Source: an uncultured Verrucomicrobiae bacterium
GTDB taxonomy: Bacteria > Verrucomicrobiota > Verrucomicrobiia > Chthoniobacterales > UBA10450
Length of the DNA stretch: 64,000 bases
Reading direction: 5' to 3'
NCBI GenBank assembly: GCA_963815455.1
Contig: CAWFGO010000002.1
Coordinates: forward strand, 128,001-192,000
The notes under the pieces were generated by a model. That model had not been told where the DNA came from. It saw nothing but the letters and a program-made list of their open reading frames with translations, and made no database searches. Shown one piece after another: positions 60,522 through 64,000 of this stretch (position 1 is the stretch's first letter; every line of letters starts with the position of its first letter). Made by a program: the position numbers and the translations under genes.

Positions 60522-61658
60522 ATGAAAGCAACTCTCGCTCTCGAAGATGGCCGATTTTTCGAGGGGGAATCATTTGGCGCAACCGGCACGCGGGTCGGCG
60601 AGATTTGCTTCAATACCGCAATGACCGGCTATCAGGAAGTGCTGACCGATCCGTCGTATCGCGGCCAAATCGTGGCGATGACCTATCCGCTCATCGGAAA
60701 CTATGGGACTAATTCGCTCGACCAGGAGAGTCAGTCGCCGCATGTCCGCGGTTTTGTCATCGAAGAATTGAGCGAACTGCCGAGCAACTGGCGCTCGGAA
60801 ATGTCGCTCGATGAATATTTGCGCAAATGGGACATCCCAGGCGTGCAGGGAATCGACACCCGCGCGCTGACCCGGCATCTGCGAACGCGCGGTGCTATGA
60901 AAGCGTGTTTGACGACGGAGGAGATTTCTCCGGAGGAGGCAACGCGGCGCGCTGTCGAAGGCGCGGGTGTTATCGGAATGGATTATGTGCGCGAAGTCTC
61001 TGCCAAAGACAGTTATCAATGGGACACCGACGACAAACTAAGCGAGCCCTGGTCAATCAGCGCCGGCAATGGCGGAACAAATCTTCCGCCAATCCGGTTT
61101 CGGATTGTGGCTTACGATTACGGGATCAAACAAAATATTCTGCGGCTCCTGCGGCAGAAAGGTTTCGGCGTGACGGTGGTACCCGCATCGACAACCGCCA
61201 AGGAAGTGCTCGCGCTAAATCCGGACGGCGTTTTCCTTTCCAACGGGCCGGGCGATCCGTCGGCACTGCCTTACGCCCACAAGGCCGTGCACGATTTGAT
61301 GGGCAAAAAGCCGATCTTCGGGATTTGTCTGGGTCATCAAATCCTCGGGTTCGCTTTCGGAGGATCGACATTCAAATTAAAATTCGGACACCGCGGGGCA
61401 AACCAACCGGTCCAGGACTTGCGCAGCGGAAAGGTTGCGATCACGTCACAAAATCACGGCTTCGCAGTCGATCCCGAATCACTTCCGGCGGAGATCGAAG
61501 TGACGCACATCAATTTGAACGACGGCACTGTGGAAGGAATGCGGCACAGGAATTTGCCGATCTTCAGCGTGCAATATCACCCCGAAGCCGCGCCCGGCCC
61601 GCACGACGCATCCTATCTCTTCCAGCAGTTCGCCGAAGTAATCGAGAAGGAGAAATGA
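60522..61658 (+). CDS. carA: Carbamoyl-phosphate synthase small subunit
   Basis: [47 protein letters not shown]. Confidence 0.98.
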   Translation: MKATLALEDGRFFEGESFGATGTRVGEICFNTAMTGYQEVLTDPSYRGQIVAMTYPLIGNYGTNSLDQESQSPHVRGFVIEELSELPSNWRSEMSLDEYLRKWDIPGVQGIDTRALTRHLRTRGAMKACLTTEEISPEEATRRAVEGAGVIGMDYVREVSAKDSYQWDTDDKLSEPWSISAGNGGTNLPPIRFRIVAYDYGIKQNILRLLRQKGFGVTVVPASTTAKEVLALNPDGVFLSNGPGDPSALPYAHKAVHDLMGKKPIFGICLGHQILGFAFGGSTFKLKFGHRGANQPVQDLRSGKVAITSQNHGFAVDPESLPAEIEVTHINLNDGTVEGMRHRNLPIFSVQYHPEAAPGPHDASYLFQQFAEVIEKEK

Positions 61659-61700
61659 CAAATGGCTTTGACCGCGCGGAGAATCGGCCAAGGTTGTGTC

Positions 61701-62108
61701 ATGTATATCTCAAATCCAAATAATCCGGGCGTCTTCAAAATCGCGACTGTTTTAACAATTGTCGGGTCGCTGGCCATTGCGCCGCTGGCCCTGGCTCAGG
61801 AACACGAGCATGGCCAGGATGCGGCGGCATCAAAGGAAGTGAGCGGCGAAGTGGTCGATATGATGTGTTATGTCGATCATAACGCCATGGGCGAAAAACA
61901 TGGTCAATCTTGCGGGGCCAAATGCATCAAGAGCGGCGGCCCGGTCGGAATCGTGAGCGATGGCAAAGCGTATCTCGTCGTGGGCGAACACAAGCCGATG
62001 AACGATGAGCTTGCTGAATACTGCGGCAAGACCATCACGCTGAAAGGCAAGATGGCCGAGCGCGGCGGGATCGCGATGATCGAGAACGCCGAGATCGTTA
62101 AGAAATAG
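61701..62108 (+). CDS. Exported hypothetical protein with Cys/His/Met motifs
   Basis: Signal ending ALA-Q; HEH; GEVVDMMCY...HGQSCGAKCIKSGGPVG. Confidence 0.75.
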   Translation: MYISNPNNPGVFKIATVLTIVGSLAIAPLALAQEHEHGQDAAASKEVSGEVVDMMCYVDHNAMGEKHGQSCGAKCIKSGGPVGIVSDGKAYLVVGEHKPMNDELAEYCGKTITLKGKMAERGGIAMIENAEIVKK

Positions 62109-62115
62109 ATCGCAC

Positions 62116-63033
62116 TTAGACCAGGTCGAGCGCGAGATCGCGCTGTGGGAGGAGACCGTGCTTGGCGCATAGGTTCGCGAAAGTTCGCAGACCTTCTTTT
62201 TCTGGTTGTCCAAAGCCAAACTGGAGATGCTCCCGGTAGTACCGGGCACAAAATTCGGGATCGAAACTTTTTTCACGGCCGGGGTCAGCGACCCCGGCTA
62301 CAGCCGCCGCGATAATGCGATCTAGATGGTCGAGGTTGTCATCGCGCAGGGCCCGCAAACGATTGGCAATTTCTTTTGGATCGGCCACCTCGGGGCGCAC
62401 AAGCCAAAGCGCGTAAACAAACGGAAGATCGACAAATTGCCGCCACTGTTGGCCCAGGTCCCAGAACTGAAATCTGTTCGCATACTCCTGTCGAAAGCGA
62501 ATGGCTTGGTCGCCAATGAGAAGCCGGGCCCGCTTTGACGAACGGAACACGGGCATGTTGCCTGTGCGGCCAACGGAGATATTCTCCGCTATTTGGGATT
62601 CAGCCCCGAAAGCTTTCGGGGCTGGCCCCACCGGCTCGCCGCAGCGAGTCCGTCCGGTGGCGGACAAGATGCCTGTGCTACGTGAAAGGACGCCTTCCCC
62701 GACCAAACACCGCAGCAGATTCGCCGACGTCTCCGAGGCGGGATCGAGTTCAATTTCTTCGATTCCTGAAATTTGCCCGCTATACGCAAGCACAACGCTG
62801 TAAACCGGACCATTGGACGAGATCGAAATGCCGTCGACAATGCGATAGATTGGGTTGCGCAAGAACTCAAAGCTCGATACGAGCGCAACATCGAGATCGC
62901 CGCGGGCAAGCTCGGCGCAGAGCGTTGCGGGATGATCGAAGACGACTTTCTCCGGCCAGCCGTGGATCAACGGCCGCGCATTTAAGTATTTTACGCAGCC
63001 GAGGCGCACTGATTTCAAGCGATCGGCATTCAA
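62116..63033 (-). CDS. mqnA: Chorismate dehydratase MqnA (futalosine pathway) with repeat-derived insertions
   Basis: VKYLNARPL, GPVYSV, SETSANL, LLIGDQAI, DLGQQW...LPFVYALW; downstream of mqnE. Confidence 0.9.
   Translation of the reverse strand: MNADRLKSVRLGCVKYLNARPLIHGWPEKVVFDHPATLCAELARGDLDVALVSSFEFLRNPIYRIVDGISISSNGPVYSVVLAYSGQISGIEEIELDPASETSANLLRCLVGEGVLSRSTGILSATGRTRCGEPVGPAPKAFGAESQIAENISVGRTGNMPVFRSSKRARLLIGDQAIRFRQEYANRFQFWDLGQQWRQFVDLPFVYALWLVRPEVADPKEIANRLRALRDDNLDHLDRIIAAAVAGVADPGREKSFDPEFCARYYREHLQFGFGQPEKEGLRTFANLCAKHGLLPQRDLALDLV
62278..62301 (-). repeat. GTAG-type REP inside mqnA
   Basis: GTAGCCGGGGTCGCTGACCCCGGC, translated as VAGVADPG. Confidence 0.75.
62543..62682. repeat. 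Composite REP-like element inside mqnA
   Basis: Imperfect inverted termini CGGAACACGGGCATGTTGCC / GACAAGATGCCTGTGCTACG with a nested CAGCCCCGAAAGCTTTCGGGGCTG palindrome at 62601-62624. Confidence 0.75.
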
Positions 63034-63039
63034 GGGCGT

Positions 63040-63153
63040 GTCATCCTGAGCGAAGTCGAAGGATCCCGGGGAACAGGCTTAAGGTTTCGCAACGGGATTC
63101 CTCCAGCCTTCGCATGAAGCTGCGGCCTGGCAGGCGGCTTCGCTCGGAATGAC
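63040..63153. repeat. GTCATCC...GAATGAC element with a nested palindrome
   Basis: GTCATCCTGAGCGAAGTCGAAGGATCCC...GGGATTCCTC-[CAGCCTTCGCATGAAGCTGCGGCCTGGCAGGC]-GGCTTCGCTCGGAATGAC. Confidence 0.85.
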
Positions 63154-63161
63154 GACAGAGA

Positions 63162-64000
63162 TCAGGCACAGGCCAGCTCCGCCGGGGCCGACTCGGCCTG
63201 TTTAACAGGCGCTGGCCGTGGAGAAATGTGACGGTAAATACTATCGCGTTGGACCGGTTCGCGACCAGCTTCACGGATAGCGTGCTCCAGAGACGCCACC
63301 GTTTGCTGCTGAGGGGTGGTGGCGCCGGCCATGTGGAAAATTTTCTCCTCGAGAATCGTGCCGTGCAAGTCGTCAACGCCATAGCTGAGCGACACTTGAG
63401 CGAGCGGTAAGCCCAGACTGACCCAGTAGGCGGTGAGGTGTTCGATGTTATCGAGGTAGATCCGGCTCACCGCCAGATTGCGCAGTTGCTCGAATGCAGA
63501 CGCGGGCTTGATATGCGAGAGGATGGTCGTTTGCGGCTCGAAGGCGAACGGAATAAAACCGGTAAAGCCACCGGTTTCGTCCTGTAGTTCGCGCAGCTGA
63601 CGCAAATGATCGACGCGCTGGGCGAGCGTCTCAATATGTCCGTAGAGCATCGTAGAGGTGCTGCGGCCGCCCATTTGATGCCAGGTGCGATGGACATCGA
63701 GCCATTCGGCCGCGGTTTCCTTCCCGCGACAAATTTCGTCGCGCACCACCGGATCGAAAATCTCCGCGCCGCCGCCCGTGATCGAGCCGAGACCCGCTTT
63801 GCGCAAGGTCTCGAGGGTCTCGCGGATCGGCATACGGAAAATCCGCTGGGCCAGGTGCCGGATCTCAATGGCGGTAAACGCCTTGATGTGAAGCTCGGGA
63901 TCGAGCGCGCGCAATTGGCCGACTAGATTGAGATACCAATCTTTCTTCAGGGTCGGGTGCAGGCCCCCAACCATGTGGACTTCCGTCACGCCCAAGCCGA
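63162..64000 (-). CDS. mqnE: Aminofutalosine synthase MqnE-like radical SAM enzyme (5' end outside the window)
   Basis: EVHMVGGLHP, HIKAFTAIEI, GGGAEIF, TMLYGHIET, HLTAYW; adjacent to mqnA. Confidence 0.85.
   Translation of the reverse strand, partial: GLGVTEVHMVGGLHPTLKKDWYLNLVGQLRALDPELHIKAFTAIEIRHLAQRIFRMPIRETLETLRKAGLGSITGGGAEIFDPVVRDEICRGKETAAEWLDVHRTWHQMGGRSTSTMLYGHIETLAQRVDHLRQLRELQDETGGFTGFIPFAFEPQTTILSHIKPASAFEQLRNLAVSRIYLDNIEHLTAYWVSLGLPLAQVSLSYGVDDLHGTILEEKIFHMAGATTPQQQTVASLEHAIREAGREPVQRDSIYRHISPRPAPVKQAESAPAELACA

Overview
A GC-rich bacterial chromosomal segment. The gene families and repeat types suggest soil Verrucomicrobiota (Chthoniobacterales-like); this is an inference. 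The housekeeping backbone is recA, two Hsp20 genes, ribD, dnaG-rpoD, thiH-thiS, mreBCD-mrdA-RNase E/G, rpe, gspD-gspE, mpl, rplT-pheS-pheT, a probable 6S RNA, carA and mqnE-mqnA. Five accessory blocks are interspersed. (i) An ECF sigma/Ser-Thr kinase pair is flanked by a STAND adenylate cyclase and by a gene missing from the ORF track, which has an in-frame UGA at codon 40 followed by a SECIS-like hairpin. This is a candidate exported selenocysteine-containing outer-membrane beta-barrel protein with a QG-U-V-C motif, and both flanking genes share a 31-bp promoter-like motif. (ii) Three tandem paralogous outer-membrane beta-barrels. (iii) A signal-peptide-bearing Rhs toxin with an HExxH tip and a lipoprotein immunity candidate. 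(iv) Large secreted proteins with a shared MKKKSAT-x-x-AFF leader and a shared C-terminal domain, next to a LuxR-HTH/PEP-CTERM-type read-through ORF. (v) A sensor kinase with canonical and Asp-less response regulators. Several palindromic REP-like repeat families are abundant, nest inside each other, and have entered pheT and mqnA in frame. Two single-G frameshifts (Rhs; 47.3 kb) may be sequencing errors. No CRISPR array, tRNA, rRNA or transposase was recognised.
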